Source of the DNA: a virus
Lineage: Duplodnaviria; Caudoviricetes
Strand: one strand, 5' to 3'
Length of the DNA stretch: 32,749 nucleotides
IMG/VR virus record: IMGVR_UViG_3300025571_000014
Location: 1-32,749 of that record
Shown piece after piece: positions 14,532 to 23,668 of this stretch; positions within the stretch are counted from its first letter, which is position 1, and every line of letters begins with the position of its first letter. The translations under genes and the position numbers were made by a program. The notes below the pieces were generated by a model that was not told the DNA's origin, did no database searches, and was given only the letters and a program-made list of their open reading frames with translations.

Positions 14532-14747
14532 ATGCCACGTTTGGCCTCTTCGATTTATCGACGAGTGGGCTGCCCGTGGTGTGGATCTCTCAACACGCGA
14601 CCTAAGCGTAAGTTCTTCTTGCGCCATCCGGAGATAGGTCAGTGGATAAAGCGGTCATACCGTTGTCAAAGCTGCGGACAACGCTTCGAGACGGCAGAAG
14701 TTCACCTTGGAGTGGACGGCACCGTCGACACCGAGGCGGCGATATAG
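14532..14747 (+). CDS. Zinc-ribbon protein (NrdR N-terminal / Ogr-like), possible regulator
   Basis: CPWCGS and RSYRCQSCGQRFETAE. Confidence 0.7.
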   Translation: MPRLASSIYRRVGCPWCGSLNTRPKRKFFLRHPEIGQWIKRSYRCQSCGQRFETAEVHLGVDGTVDTEAAI

Positions 14748-15055
14748 CCCTATCGGTTGGTGAAGCTCTGCGGTCCCGGGTCTACAGGATTGGCCCTGTG
14801 TTCCACTCCCACAACCCGTCTTCTCCGGACAAGAGGAAGTTTGACGACCGTAACACCTACGTTATCCGCATCCGTGGCCGGGAGTATCGCTGGGAGCTTG
14901 TCGAGCGATGGCTGATGGACGTCTATCGCAGAGACCCCGATGCCTGGGCTCTTCAGGACTACCTGTGGGCGAAGGAACCGACTCGCGTGCAGTTCCTAAT
15001 CGCTAGGCCGCACTTGATGCAGCTCTGGAACTATCTCAATGGCAACTCAGGATAA
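14744..15055 (+). CDS. Hypothetical protein; start uncertain, possibly ATA at 14744
   Basis: Fills the gap between the Zn-ribbon and terS genes; the C-terminal part reads as globular protein. Confidence 0.55.
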   Translation: MALSVGEALRSRVYRIGPVFHSHNPSSPDKRKFDDRNTYVIRIRGREYRWELVERWLMDVYRRDPDAWALQDYLWAKEPTRVQFLIARPHLMQLWNYLNGNSG

Positions 15056-15524
15056 CAACGATATCTACGTCGAGTTCGACGAGGAGCGGGTTCAGCGCAT
15101 CCGTCAGAGAAAGCGCAAACCGCGCAAGACGGATCGTCGGGTCCCTCCTGAGAAACGCGGTGGGGCGAAGAGGAAGAATGTCCTGCTTACCAAGGATCAA
15201 CTGCACGAGTTAGAGAAACTTGCAGCCTACCTTCCTCTCGAGCAGATCGCCGATTACCTGGGGATCCATGAGCGTACCTTACGTGAGCGGATGTTCTTGT
15301 CAGAAGAGGTCCGCGCCGCGTATGAGAGAGGGAGAGCCCGTGCCATCGGTGCTGTGGCGCAGTCTTTACTCTCCAAAGCAAGGCAGGGAGACTTCCGTGC
15401 GCAGAAATTCTACCTGCAGACACAGGCCAGGTGGACTACTAAGCACGAAGTGAAAGTTACCAAGGATATCGACGAACTTTCTGACGAAGAACTGCTAAAG
15501 ATTGCTACAGGCCAGGATAACTAG
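15039..15524 (+). CDS. terS: Terminase small subunit
   Basis: HTH LEQIADYLGIHERTL, AYERGRA..V..SL..KA..GD..A.KFYL, C-terminal LSDEELLKIA; directly before terL. Confidence 0.8.
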   Translation: MATQDNNDIYVEFDEERVQRIRQRKRKPRKTDRRVPPEKRGGAKRKNVLLTKDQLHELEKLAAYLPLEQIADYLGIHERTLRERMFLSEEVRAAYERGRARAIGAVAQSLLSKARQGDFRAQKFYLQTQARWTTKHEVKVTKDIDELSDEELLKIATGQDN

Positions 15525-16857
15525 GCAGGAGGCAGCTGCCGAGCTGCTCCGTAGGCGTCGCTTGCGTCGCGCCCGTGAGCTTCCTCTTGGGGAGTTCATC
15601 GCTCACTCTGAGGGCTTAGAGAACCCGTACCACCTCGCGCCCTTCCTTTCGTTGTTCGATAGGGCCGAGCGCGGGGAGGAGATAAGGGCGCTCATCTCCG
15701 TCCCGCCTCAGCACGGGAAGTCGCTCGCAGCGCTGCATGGTCTTATTCGACACCTCCTCAGAAACCCGAGGAAGCGTAACGCTTACGTCTCTTATGCTCA
15801 GTCGTTCACTGATAATCAGAGTCGTATCGCTGAACGTTACGCCGCACCTCACAACCTCAACCTTGTTCGAGCAGCAGTCAGTTCCTGGATAACACCCGAG
15901 GGTGGGGGGATCCATTGGACGTCCCGTGGTGGCGGGTTCACCGGTTATGGGGTCGATGGGATCCTGCTTGTGGACGACCTGCTGAAGGACCGTGAAGAGG
16001 CCAACTCACAAATCATTCGCGACAAGGCGTTCGACTGGCTCTCTTCTGTGGCCTTCACTCGAGTCCACCCCGGTGCTTCAATCATTATCATCGGTACCCG
16101 CTGGCATCTTGACGACCATATCGGACGTCTGGCGAAGCAGGGCGGATGGGAGATAATCGAGCTCCCCGCAATCAACGACAAGGGTGAGGCTTTGTGGCCT
16201 GAGCATCGTCCCCTGGAGTGGCTAGAGCAGCAGCGGTCTCACCTCTTGCCGCAGGACTGGTCTGCCTTGTATATGTGCCGGCCCGTCGCTAAGGGTGACT
16301 ATGTCTTCGGACCGAGCACTTACTACACAGAACTCCCTAGCGGGCCATACCGCGAGGCTCACGGCTTCGACGCGGCCTACACCCGCAAGACGTCGGCCGA
16401 CTTCTCTGTCACGCTCTCCGGGCGGCTCTACACCACGCCCGAGGGCTCGCGTCTCTACCTCACCGATATGCTCCGCGACCAGCAAGAGCCCGGCCACTAC
16501 ATCAACATGATGAAGGCTCGCGGGATCGACCGCGTCGCTTGGTTCCGCTCCTCGACGGAGACTGGTCTAGAGCTCTTGCTCAAGCGAGAGGGCATCCGGG
16601 TCGATGCCTTCCCCGCGACTACCGATAAGCTCTCTCGCGCTGTGGATGCTGCCACCGCCTGGAATCGTGGCGAGATCCTTATCCCTCGCAACGCTCCTTG
16701 GGCCCCGGTGCTCGAGTCTGAGCTCTCGAGTTTCACTGGGCATGAGGACGCTCACGACGATATCGTGGACGCTCTCGCTGCTCTTCATCGCGCCCTGTAT
16801 CATCGTGCTAAGCCTCCCACCGACCGAGCTCGCGCTGCGGTGCAGATGATTGCTTGA
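15502..16857 (+). CDS. terL: Terminase large subunit
   Basis: Walker A VPPQHGKS, LLVDDLLKD, GTRWHLDD, nuclease FDAAYT and HDDIVDALA. Confidence 0.95.
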   Translation: MLQARITRQEAAAELLRRRRLRRARELPLGEFIAHSEGLENPYHLAPFLSLFDRAERGEEIRALISVPPQHGKSLAALHGLIRHLLRNPRKRNAYVSYAQSFTDNQSRIAERYAAPHNLNLVRAAVSSWITPEGGGIHWTSRGGGFTGYGVDGILLVDDLLKDREEANSQIIRDKAFDWLSSVAFTRVHPGASIIIIGTRWHLDDHIGRLAKQGGWEIIELPAINDKGEALWPEHRPLEWLEQQRSHLLPQDWSALYMCRPVAKGDYVFGPSTYYTELPSGPYREAHGFDAAYTRKTSADFSVTLSGRLYTTPEGSRLYLTDMLRDQQEPGHYINMMKARGIDRVAWFRSSTETGLELLLKREGIRVDAFPATTDKLSRAVDAATAWNRGEILIPRNAPWAPVLESELSSFTGHEDAHDDIVDALAALHRALYHRAKPPTDRARAAVQMIA

Positions 16858-16867
16858 GGGAACGACA

Positions 16868-18190
16868 TTGATAAACCTCGAGACAGAGTGGATACGGGAG
16901 CAGCTGCGTAACGTTGAGAAGCGGGTCGCCCTTGCTGCGACGCTCCTCGACTGGGCGGATGGTAAGCAGGTCCTTGAAGAGACGGAGTTGGCCCCAAGGG
17001 TCAACGAACCCGCTCGCAAGGTGTGGGAGAGGCTGATTCGGCAGGTTCAGTCGATGGGCCCCCGTATCATCAAACACAAGATTACCAGCGCCATCGGTTC
17101 AGTCAACTGGGGCGGGAAGAACCCGGGGAACATCGATAGTCGACTCGAGGAGATCGACCTCGAGATGATGGCTAGGGATGCTCTCAAGAGCCTCTGTGCT
17201 GTCGGTATCGCGGGAGTATGGGCATACCAGCCAGAGTTTGGGCAGCCTCGACTGCAGAAACTGGGGGGTTACCTCGAACCGCTGTACCATGAGGACGACG
17301 CTGGTGGGGCCCCCGTCGCTTGGTTCCAGGCTCTCAGCGAAGCGAGTGGTAATCGGTATCGTTTGAGAATCTATGAGCCATACCCGGATAATCCCAGGTA
17401 TGGTACTATCTGGGAATGGCGTAATCAGCGGAGTCCGTCCACCATCGGTCACCGTCCCACTCGCGAGTTCCTTGACCAGATGATGCCGCGGTTTGCCATC
17501 TTCGACAGAGACCAGGCTGGGCTCCCTATCGGCGAGCTTCAGACTGCTCTGCCGCTCTTGAAGGCTGAAGTTGCTCAGCAGCTCCGCGAGCTTCGTGCGA
17601 GTGACGCCAATGCCTCCCCACTGAAGTGGATGAAGGGTGATTGGGACGTGCCGGCAGAAGGTGTGGGCCCGGAGACTCTTCTGGTGGCGAACAGCATGGA
17701 AGCAGAGATAGGTAGGCTTGAGCCACCCAACCTCGAGGGCCTCTTCAGCCTGCACGACCGGCTCTACGAGCGGATTCGTGGTGACCTTCAGCTTCCTATC
17801 TCCTCGATCACCACAGGAACGTTCCCTTCTGGGGAGGCTCTCGATCAAGCGAACGCCACTGCTGTGGCCAATGCAACGACTTACGCTTCGCTCATCAGCA
17901 AGCTGCTTAGCGATGGAGTGAGGGACCTAGCTGAGCTGATTGGTCTGGACCCTGAGGAGGCTCCTAGGGTCTCTGTGACCATCAATCGTGAGCCCCTTAG
18001 ACGGATCATCTCCGAGCAGGCGCGCGCCGATTATCAGGCCGGTCTCATCCCCTTCCGGGCAGCCGTGCTCGCTCTTCAGCCCTACTACCCGCACATGAGC
18101 GATGCGGAGCTGGAGGAGTGGATCTCTGGGCAGGAGCGGCGCGTGAGTGTCAATGACCTCAACGCGCTCATCAGCGGTGGCGAGGAGTAG
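16868..18190 (+). CDS. Portal protein
   Basis: About 440 aa directly after terL; PSGEAL motif typical of SPP1-like portals; TTG at 16868 follows GAGGGA. Confidence 0.8.
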   Translation: MINLETEWIREQLRNVEKRVALAATLLDWADGKQVLEETELAPRVNEPARKVWERLIRQVQSMGPRIIKHKITSAIGSVNWGGKNPGNIDSRLEEIDLEMMARDALKSLCAVGIAGVWAYQPEFGQPRLQKLGGYLEPLYHEDDAGGAPVAWFQALSEASGNRYRLRIYEPYPDNPRYGTIWEWRNQRSPSTIGHRPTREFLDQMMPRFAIFDRDQAGLPIGELQTALPLLKAEVAQQLRELRASDANASPLKWMKGDWDVPAEGVGPETLLVANSMEAEIGRLEPPNLEGLFSLHDRLYERIRGDLQLPISSITTGTFPSGEALDQANATAVANATTYASLISKLLSDGVRDLAELIGLDPEEAPRVSVTINREPLRRIISEQARADYQAGLIPFRAAVLALQPYYPHMSDAELEEWISGQERRVSVNDLNALISGGEE

Positions 18191-18193
18191 TCC

Positions 18194-18913
18194 GTGGCGA
18201 GGGGTGAACTTCCAGCCCTCGGCCGTGCGCTCGATAAGGTGCTGCCTCGGGTGCGTCGGGATGTCGAGAGGAGAGTACTCGAGAGGCTTATCGAGGCAGG
18301 GTATACGTTGCTAGTTCAACGTATACTGGTCCAGGTTTTCGCTGGTGCTTATCTGACTGGTAAGCAAACTGGCTGGATAGTACATGGAACGATCCTGGGT
18401 GCGCCTGACTCGCTCAACGCTCGCGCGGTCCGTGAGTGGCGAGATGCAGCGATGGCGCACGGTGACCTGATAGCCAACCGCTTTGAGCGAATCCTCGAAG
18501 CCGAACCTACGGTAGCTGAGCTCCGGCAGCATGTTTTGAAAGCCGGAGAACAGTCCGTATGGCAGGGGCAAGACGATGCTGCCCGGGAAGTGGCCACACT
18601 CGCCGAAGCTGAGTGGAAGGAGTGGGTAAGAGCATGGCCTAGAACCGAACATCGAGATTGGCATGACGCGCTTGAGGGAGTCGTCATCCCAGAGGAGCAC
18701 TTCTTCACCCTCCCTGGGGGCAAGAACGCCGGTGCCCAAGTGTACGGACCCCGGGACTGGGAGCGGGTGACTGACCCCGGCGAGTGGATCAACTGTGGCC
18801 ATGCCCTGGCCTACCATAGAGACGTAACTCAGGCCGATCTCGAACAAACGGTTCAGGGCTTAGGAACGGTCTACCGCCCACCCACCCGCTCTAGGGTGTG
18901 GGCCTCACCATAG
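18194..18913 (+). CDS. Head morphogenesis / minor capsid protein (Mu gpF-like)
   Basis: KEWV...R.WH.ALEG...F and GEWINCGH; position after portal. Confidence 0.75.
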   Translation: MARGELPALGRALDKVLPRVRRDVERRVLERLIEAGYTLLVQRILVQVFAGAYLTGKQTGWIVHGTILGAPDSLNARAVREWRDAAMAHGDLIANRFERILEAEPTVAELRQHVLKAGEQSVWQGQDDAAREVATLAEAEWKEWVRAWPRTEHRDWHDALEGVVIPEEHFFTLPGGKNAGAQVYGPRDWERVTDPGEWINCGHALAYHRDVTQADLEQTVQGLGTVYRPPTRSRVWASP

Positions 18914-18965
18914 TAACAACGTACCGCGAACTGCCGCGGTATAGTAAGTAGCAGGAGGTAGTATC

Positions 18966-19568
18966 ATGGTTGAGGAGAATAAGGACCTGCCCGACCCGCA
19001 GGAGACACAGCCCAGCCCCTCACAGGGCATGGGTGGCGGGGATCAGCCATCGCAGAAGCCGCCTAAGATGTTCACTCAGGATGAGGTGAACGCGATGGTT
19101 GCTAAACGCCTTGCCAAGCAGAGGGAGTCCATCCGCAAGGAGATCATGGACGAACTCCGCGCCGAGGCGGAGAAGGCAACGCTCGATGCTGTGGAGCGAG
19201 CTAAGCTCGAGGTAGAGGAGTGGAAGGCCAAGGCCGAAGCGGCTGAAGCTGCCCGCATACAAGCCGAGCTGAAAGCCGTCCTTGCCCCCAGGGTAACGGA
19301 CGTCAACTACGCCCTCTTCCAGATCGAGCGGGCAAGGGACAAGTACGTTGCTGAGGACGGCTCTGTGAATGTGGACGCTCTGCTCGCCGACTTCCCTGTG
19401 CTAGCTCCGAAGCAGAACGGTACTCCACCCGCGACCGGTGCTGGCGGTAGTCTGCGCTCGACGCAAACAACTATCGCCGAACTGGAAGAGCTGCTCAGCA
19501 AGGCACGCACTCGTAGTGAGCGTGTCGCTATCCAGACGCGACTCAACGAGCTACGCAAGAGGGGATAA
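18966..19568 (+). CDS. Capsid scaffolding protein
   Basis: KMFTQDEVNAMVAKRLAKQR, coiled-coil, directly before MCP; SD AGGAGG. Confidence 0.85.
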   Translation: MVEENKDLPDPQETQPSPSQGMGGGDQPSQKPPKMFTQDEVNAMVAKRLAKQRESIRKEIMDELRAEAEKATLDAVERAKLEVEEWKAKAEAAEAARIQAELKAVLAPRVTDVNYALFQIERARDKYVAEDGSVNVDALLADFPVLAPKQNGTPPATGAGGSLRSTQTTIAELEELLSKARTRSERVAIQTRLNELRKRG

Positions 19569-19574
19569 CAACAG

Positions 19575-20531
19575 ATGGCTCACACTAACACCACCACCTA
19601 CGACCTTCCCAACTTCATCGGGGAGCTGTTCGAGAAGGGCCAGCGCCCGAACGCATTCCTCCAGATGATTGGGGGGATCAACTCCTACCGGCCGATCAAG
19701 TCGACCGAGTTCTCGGTGGGTCAGCAGTTCGAGATTCCGGACCACAGGGCGTCCAGGGCTCGCCTTGAGGGCGCCGACGCTCCGGACCACAACGGCGTCG
19801 TGCGTTCGCAGATGACCAACGTGACCCAGATTGTTCAGGAGTCCGTGGTCGTTTCCTACACCAAGGAGGGTGCTTCCCAGCAGTTGTCTGGGGTGAACCT
19901 GGGTGGTGCTATCGACCCGGTCCAGTCGGAGCTCGACTTTCAGACGGGAGTCAAGCTCGAGTTCATCGCGCGTAACCTCAACTGGTCGTTCCTCAATCAG
20001 ACCTACCAGAAGCCCGTCGACAACACCACGCCTCGGCGCACTCGTGGACTGCTGCCGGCCATCACTACCAACGTCGTTGACAACGGCGGGACTCCTCGTC
20101 CGCTCTCGCTTGAGCTGTTCGACGACGTGATGGCGATGATGGTTGACTCGGGCGCTATCGCGGACGGCGAGAACGTTATCGCGCTGGCTAACACGGCGCA
20201 GCTCCGGAAGCTCAACGAGCTCTTCCGGACCGAGAAGATCAAGGTCGACTCGGAGCGCTTCATCGGGGGTATCCGCGTCCGGACGGTCTACACCACCTTC
20301 GGCGTGCTCAACTTCGCTCTCGAGCACGATATGCCGCAGGACCAGATCGCTCTCGTCAACTTCGATGCCATCGGGCTGGTGGCCACGGAGATTCCGGGCA
20401 AGGGCGTGCTTTTCCGTGAGGAGCTCGCCAGGACCGGGGCAAGCTACAAGTATCAGATCTACGGGGAGTTGGGTCTGGACCACGGCCCTGAGTGGCTGCA
20501 CGGCAAGATCACCGACCTCGAGACGACCTGA
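19575..20531 (+). CDS. Major capsid protein (DUF5309/SU10-like)
   Basis: 318 aa, NVTQIVQESV.VSYT, PRRTRGLL, LARTGAS.K.QIYGELGLDHG; strongly biased codons. Confidence 0.9.
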   Translation: MAHTNTTTYDLPNFIGELFEKGQRPNAFLQMIGGINSYRPIKSTEFSVGQQFEIPDHRASRARLEGADAPDHNGVVRSQMTNVTQIVQESVVVSYTKEGASQQLSGVNLGGAIDPVQSELDFQTGVKLEFIARNLNWSFLNQTYQKPVDNTTPRRTRGLLPAITTNVVDNGGTPRPLSLELFDDVMAMMVDSGAIADGENVIALANTAQLRKLNELFRTEKIKVDSERFIGGIRVRTVYTTFGVLNFALEHDMPQDQIALVNFDAIGLVATEIPGKGVLFREELARTGASYKYQIYGELGLDHGPEWLHGKITDLETT

Positions 20532-20764
20532 TGGCTAAGGTCATCTCCCTGAACTACAACATGGGAGTGTTTCGGGGGCAGGCTTTTCGCGAGGAGAGGG
20601 TGGACGGCGTGTTCCGGGGGGTGGCTGAAGTCGACGACGAGGAAGCGCTGGTCTGGTTCCGCGCCCGACCAGACGCTTTCCGTATCGAGGATGAGCCCGA
20701 GGACGACTTCGAAGACGAGGAGGAAGCGGAAAAGCCCATCCCCAGAAGGCGACGCCGGAGGTAA
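20531..20764 (+). CDS. Small head-associated hypothetical protein, 77 aa
   Basis: ATG overlaps the MCP stop (TGATG); ends in an acidic tract then PIPRRRRRR. Confidence 0.7.
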   Translation: MAKVISLNYNMGVFRGQAFREERVDGVFRGVAEVDDEEALVWFRARPDAFRIEDEPEDDFEDEEEAEKPIPRRRRRR

Positions 20765-20767
20765 GCG

Positions 20768-21181
20768 ATGGCGCGGACCTACGACCCCGGGACCCTAGCA
20801 ACGCCCAACGTATCCAGCGAAGCATGGGCTCTGAATTGGGTCCGCGCTACGCTCAGGGACGTCCCCAACGACGCCGGGGTGTACCCGGAGGGCAGCTACA
20901 GCGACGAGGAGATCAAGGGGGCGCTCGCCCTGCATTCCGCCACCGCGCCTGACGGCACTCGCTTGTACGCCCCGCACGTCGTCGCTGCTGCCCTGGTCGA
21001 GAACGACCCCCGCAGGGCTCTCTCCTACGGTGTGGCCGGCCTCTCCGGTCAGCTACCCCAACCCCGTGAAGTCGCTGCCGCTATCCTGCGAAGCGGCTCA
21101 GCGATAGACCGGATGATTCGCGACGCTGGCGGAGTTCCACCCTCCACCGGCCGTTCACGCATCGTTGAGGCCCTATGGTAG
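20768..21181 (+). CDS. Head-tail adaptor
   Basis: VR..L.D...YSDEEI pattern, size and synteny; SD GGAGG. Confidence 0.65.
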   Translation: MARTYDPGTLATPNVSSEAWALNWVRATLRDVPNDAGVYPEGSYSDEEIKGALALHSATAPDGTRLYAPHVVAAALVENDPRRALSYGVAGLSGQLPQPREVAAAILRSGSAIDRMIRDAGGVPPSTGRSRIVEALW

Positions 21182-21486
21182 GCCCGCGGGAACGACTGAC
21201 TGTCGAGCGGTCGACGCTCACGGAGAACCGTTTGGGTGAGGCCATCGAGACGTGGAGTCCCGATGGCACTGTGGACGTGACAGTGGTTCCGGCGAGCGCC
21301 TATGTGCGCTCCCAAGGCGCTCTTCGAGGTGTCGCAGTCACCCACACGATAGTGGCTCCTTGGGGGTTCCCTGCGGACCCTCTCAGGACACGTTTGCGCG
21401 CCCCCGGGAAGGTCTATCGGTTGCACTCGGTGACGGAAACGCCCCGAGGCACGATCCTTGAAGCGGAAATGACCGATGCCACCTGA
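21175..21486 (+). CDS. Head closure / stopper protein
   Basis: N.LGE.IETW, VTHTI, GKVYRL..V; SPP1 gp16-like pattern. Confidence 0.7.
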   Translation: MVGPRERLTVERSTLTENRLGEAIETWSPDGTVDVTVVPASAYVRSQGALRGVAVTHTIVAPWGFPADPLRTRLRAPGKVYRLHSVTETPRGTILEAEMTDAT

Positions 21487-21874
21487 GCTTGAAGAGCGCA
21501 TGAACCGACTCGCACGCCGGATCCTCCGCACCCGTGCCAACGCGCTTCGCGCCGAGATCTACGGTGTGCTGGAAGAGTCTCGCGTAGGTCGAGGCCTCAA
21601 CATGGGCCCTGTGAACCCCCGTTCAGCTCCAGGGGATCCTCCCGCCCGTCAAACCGGTCGACTGCAGGAGTCGATTAGAATCGTGATGATGGACGAGGCC
21701 AACCTGGTCGCTCACGTCGGTCCTGACCCAAAGGCCTTCAGGGGCAAGCCATACTACCCGGGCTTCCTCGAGTATGGCACCCGCAATATGGCAGCTCGAC
21801 CCTTCATGCGAGTCGCGGTCGAACGCTTCAAGCGAGTGATTGCAGAAGGAGGGAGGCCAAGTGACGCTCCGTGA
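21476..21874 (+). CDS. HK97 gp10-like neck / tail completion protein
   Basis: SAPGDPPARQTGRLQESI and FLEYGTRNMAARPFMR. Confidence 0.85.
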   Translation: MPPELEERMNRLARRILRTRANALRAEIYGVLEESRVGRGLNMGPVNPRSAPGDPPARQTGRLQESIRIVMMDEANLVAHVGPDPKAFRGKPYYPGFLEYGTRNMAARPFMRVAVERFKRVIAEGGRPSDAP

Positions 21875-22214
21875 GGCCCTTGAGAATGCGCGGGAGGCCC
21901 TCAACGCCGTCGTCCCTACCTACATCCGCGACGCCATCCCCGTCCGGGACGGGAAGGTCATCCTGCCAGAGCGATGCATCATCCTGGACCTAGTTGTCGA
22001 CTCGAAACAATACGACTTCACCGACGTCATTTCTACTGTGAGGTTGCAGGTAGGATGCTGGTCCCCGAGCATCGCAACGTGTCTGGATGACCTAGTCACC
22101 GCTGCCGCTATCCTCGAGGGCACAGATCCCTCCTGGGAGCTGAGGCAGGTCAACCCTACCCAGACGGACAACGGGTATCGCGGGGTCACCGCCGACTTCT
22201 CAGGCCTCTACTAA
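21861..22214 (+). CDS. Tail terminator protein
   Basis: RLQVGCWS and GYRGVTADF; GTG at 21861 after GGAGG; precedes the tail tube gene. Confidence 0.65.
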   Translation: MTLREALENAREALNAVVPTYIRDAIPVRDGKVILPERCIILDLVVDSKQYDFTDVISTVRLQVGCWSPSIATCLDDLVTAAAILEGTDPSWELRQVNPTQTDNGYRGVTADFSGLY

Positions 22215-22264
22215 ACTCTTAGCCCTCTACCCACCCATAAGGGTGGCGCCCTTCGGAGGCAAGC

Positions 22265-22711
22265 ATGTCGATTGAGAAGCTGATTCGTCGCTCTGGTGTG
22301 AAGCTGTCCGTCGCCGGTGAGTCGACCCCCGGCACTCCTGAGTCGCCCGTGAACATCGGCCGGCCGAAGAATCAGATTCAGATCAACGACTCGCGCGGCA
22401 CGCAGACCATCACTGACTTCGAGACCGCCGCGTCCGCGATCAACGAGCAGATCACGGACGGCCGCACGGTGTCTGTCTCGTTCACGACTAACCTTGTCGT
22501 GGACGACGCCGGGTTCGTGAAGTTGGAGGAGCTGTACAACGCGGACGAGATCGCGTACCTCAAGCTGGAGGCGACCGCGATCGACGGCACCACGAAGAAG
22601 ACGTGGGGCTACAAGGGGTTCATCAGCGACCTGTCTATCACCTTCAATGAGTCCGGCGTCGCTGAGGCGTCTGTGACGTTCACGGCATCTGCGCTGTACG
22701 AGTGGGCATGA
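22265..22711 (+). CDS. Major tail tube protein
   Basis: 148 aa, beta-rich, YKGFISDLSITF...AEASVTF; synteny. Confidence 0.85.
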   Translation: MSIEKLIRRSGVKLSVAGESTPGTPESPVNIGRPKNQIQINDSRGTQTITDFETAASAINEQITDGRTVSVSFTTNLVVDDAGFVKLEELYNADEIAYLKLEATAIDGTTKKTWGYKGFISDLSITFNESGVAEASVTFTASALYEWA

Positions 22712-22953
22712 TCCTCGCCCTGCAACTTCCTCGCTCTGGCCGTCGTGCTAAGCCGGGAGTTGTGGGGTTCGACGTGCTTGAGGAGGGTGAGTCCATCGTG
22801 GCTCCCCTCCTCATCGTCACTCGCTACACCCGCGCTCGCACGCTGCGAGGCGACCTGGTCGACGACGAGGGCAAGCGTCGGCCTGTGAGGGTGGTCTGGC
22901 CTCAGTTCAAGGTGGGGGCATATCTTGATGTAACCCTAGGAGTTCAGAGATGA
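22708..22953 (+). CDS. Hypothetical tail-region protein, 81 aa
   Basis: ATGA overlaps at both ends (22708 and 22950). Confidence 0.6.
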   Translation: MILALQLPRSGRRAKPGVVGFDVLEEGESIVAPLLIVTRYTRARTLRGDLVDDEGKRRPVRVVWPQFKVGAYLDVTLGVQR

Positions 22954-23318
22954 AGCAGACAACTGGCGCTGAAGCCGTCCCGCTCCCGCCCCGCAAGACG
23001 GTGCGCGTTCTCGGGCGGGACATCCCTGTATCTGATTTCACCGTAGGGGAGACGATCGAGTTGGAGCGCATCCTGCACGACCCGCCACAGTCGGCGGTCG
23101 AGCAGAACGTCGCGTGTGTCGCCGTCCTCATCCGGCACCGGTTGGGCGAGGCGGTGGACGTGGATGCTCTCATGCGCGAGCCTATCGGTGACCTGGCCGC
23201 GTTCGAGGAGGCGGTGAACGAACTCCTCGCCCCTTTCACGAAGAGCCTGTTAGCGGCGGTGATCGCCCGCAGGGGCAGGCTCATGACGGCGATCAAGAGC
23301 CTTTCGATTGGGGACTAG
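22950..23318 (+). CDS. Tail assembly chaperone (gpG-like)
   Basis: Between tube and tape measure; contains a slippery heptamer. Confidence 0.75.
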   Translation: MKQTTGAEAVPLPPRKTVRVLGRDIPVSDFTVGETIELERILHDPPQSAVEQNVACVAVLIRHRLGEAVDVDALMREPIGDLAAFEEAVNELLAPFTKSLLAAVIARRGRLMTAIKSLSIGD

Positions 23319-23656
23319 CGCAGGCGCTGCTGTGCAGCGCTTACCCGGGGTTGACGCCCGACGGGTTCGCGCGCCTACCCCTGAGCACTATGCGTAACCT
23401 GCTGCGGCACCTGCCGACCGTGCACATGCAGTCGGCGTGGCCTGACGCGCAGGTGGCGTTTCTGATCGCCCGGACGATGGGCGGTCACAAGGGCAACGAC
23501 GTGACCGTGTTCCTGCCTCCGTGGGGCAGGCCGGTTGAGGACCGCCGGCCGCTGGTCAGCCCCGGTGTGGACCGCAGTATCCGCGTTGCGCTGGGTCTCG
23601 GCCTCGTGTCCCAAGACGTGTTTGACCTGCTCACCGAGGTCGGCTTTCAGCCATAG
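23231..23656 (+). CDS. Tail assembly chaperone -1 frameshift extension (gpGT-like)
   Basis: C CCT TTC at 23231-23237 in XXXYYYZ register; the -1 frame is open (PFHEEPVSGG...DWGLAQALL) into the 23351 ORF, to TAG at 23656. Confidence 0.75.
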   Translation, partial: PFHEEPVSGGDRPQGQAHDGDQEPFDWGLAQALLCSAYPGLTPDGFARLPLSTMRNLLRHLPTVHMQSAWPDAQVAFLIARTMGGHKGNDVTVFLPPWGRPVEDRRPLVSPGVDRSIRVALGLGLVSQDVFDLLTEVGFQP

Positions 23657-23668
23657 AAGGACGCAGAC

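Noticed and set aside
19551-20501. 316-aa antisense ORF over the major capsid gene
   Set aside because: Mirror of a strongly codon-biased gene.
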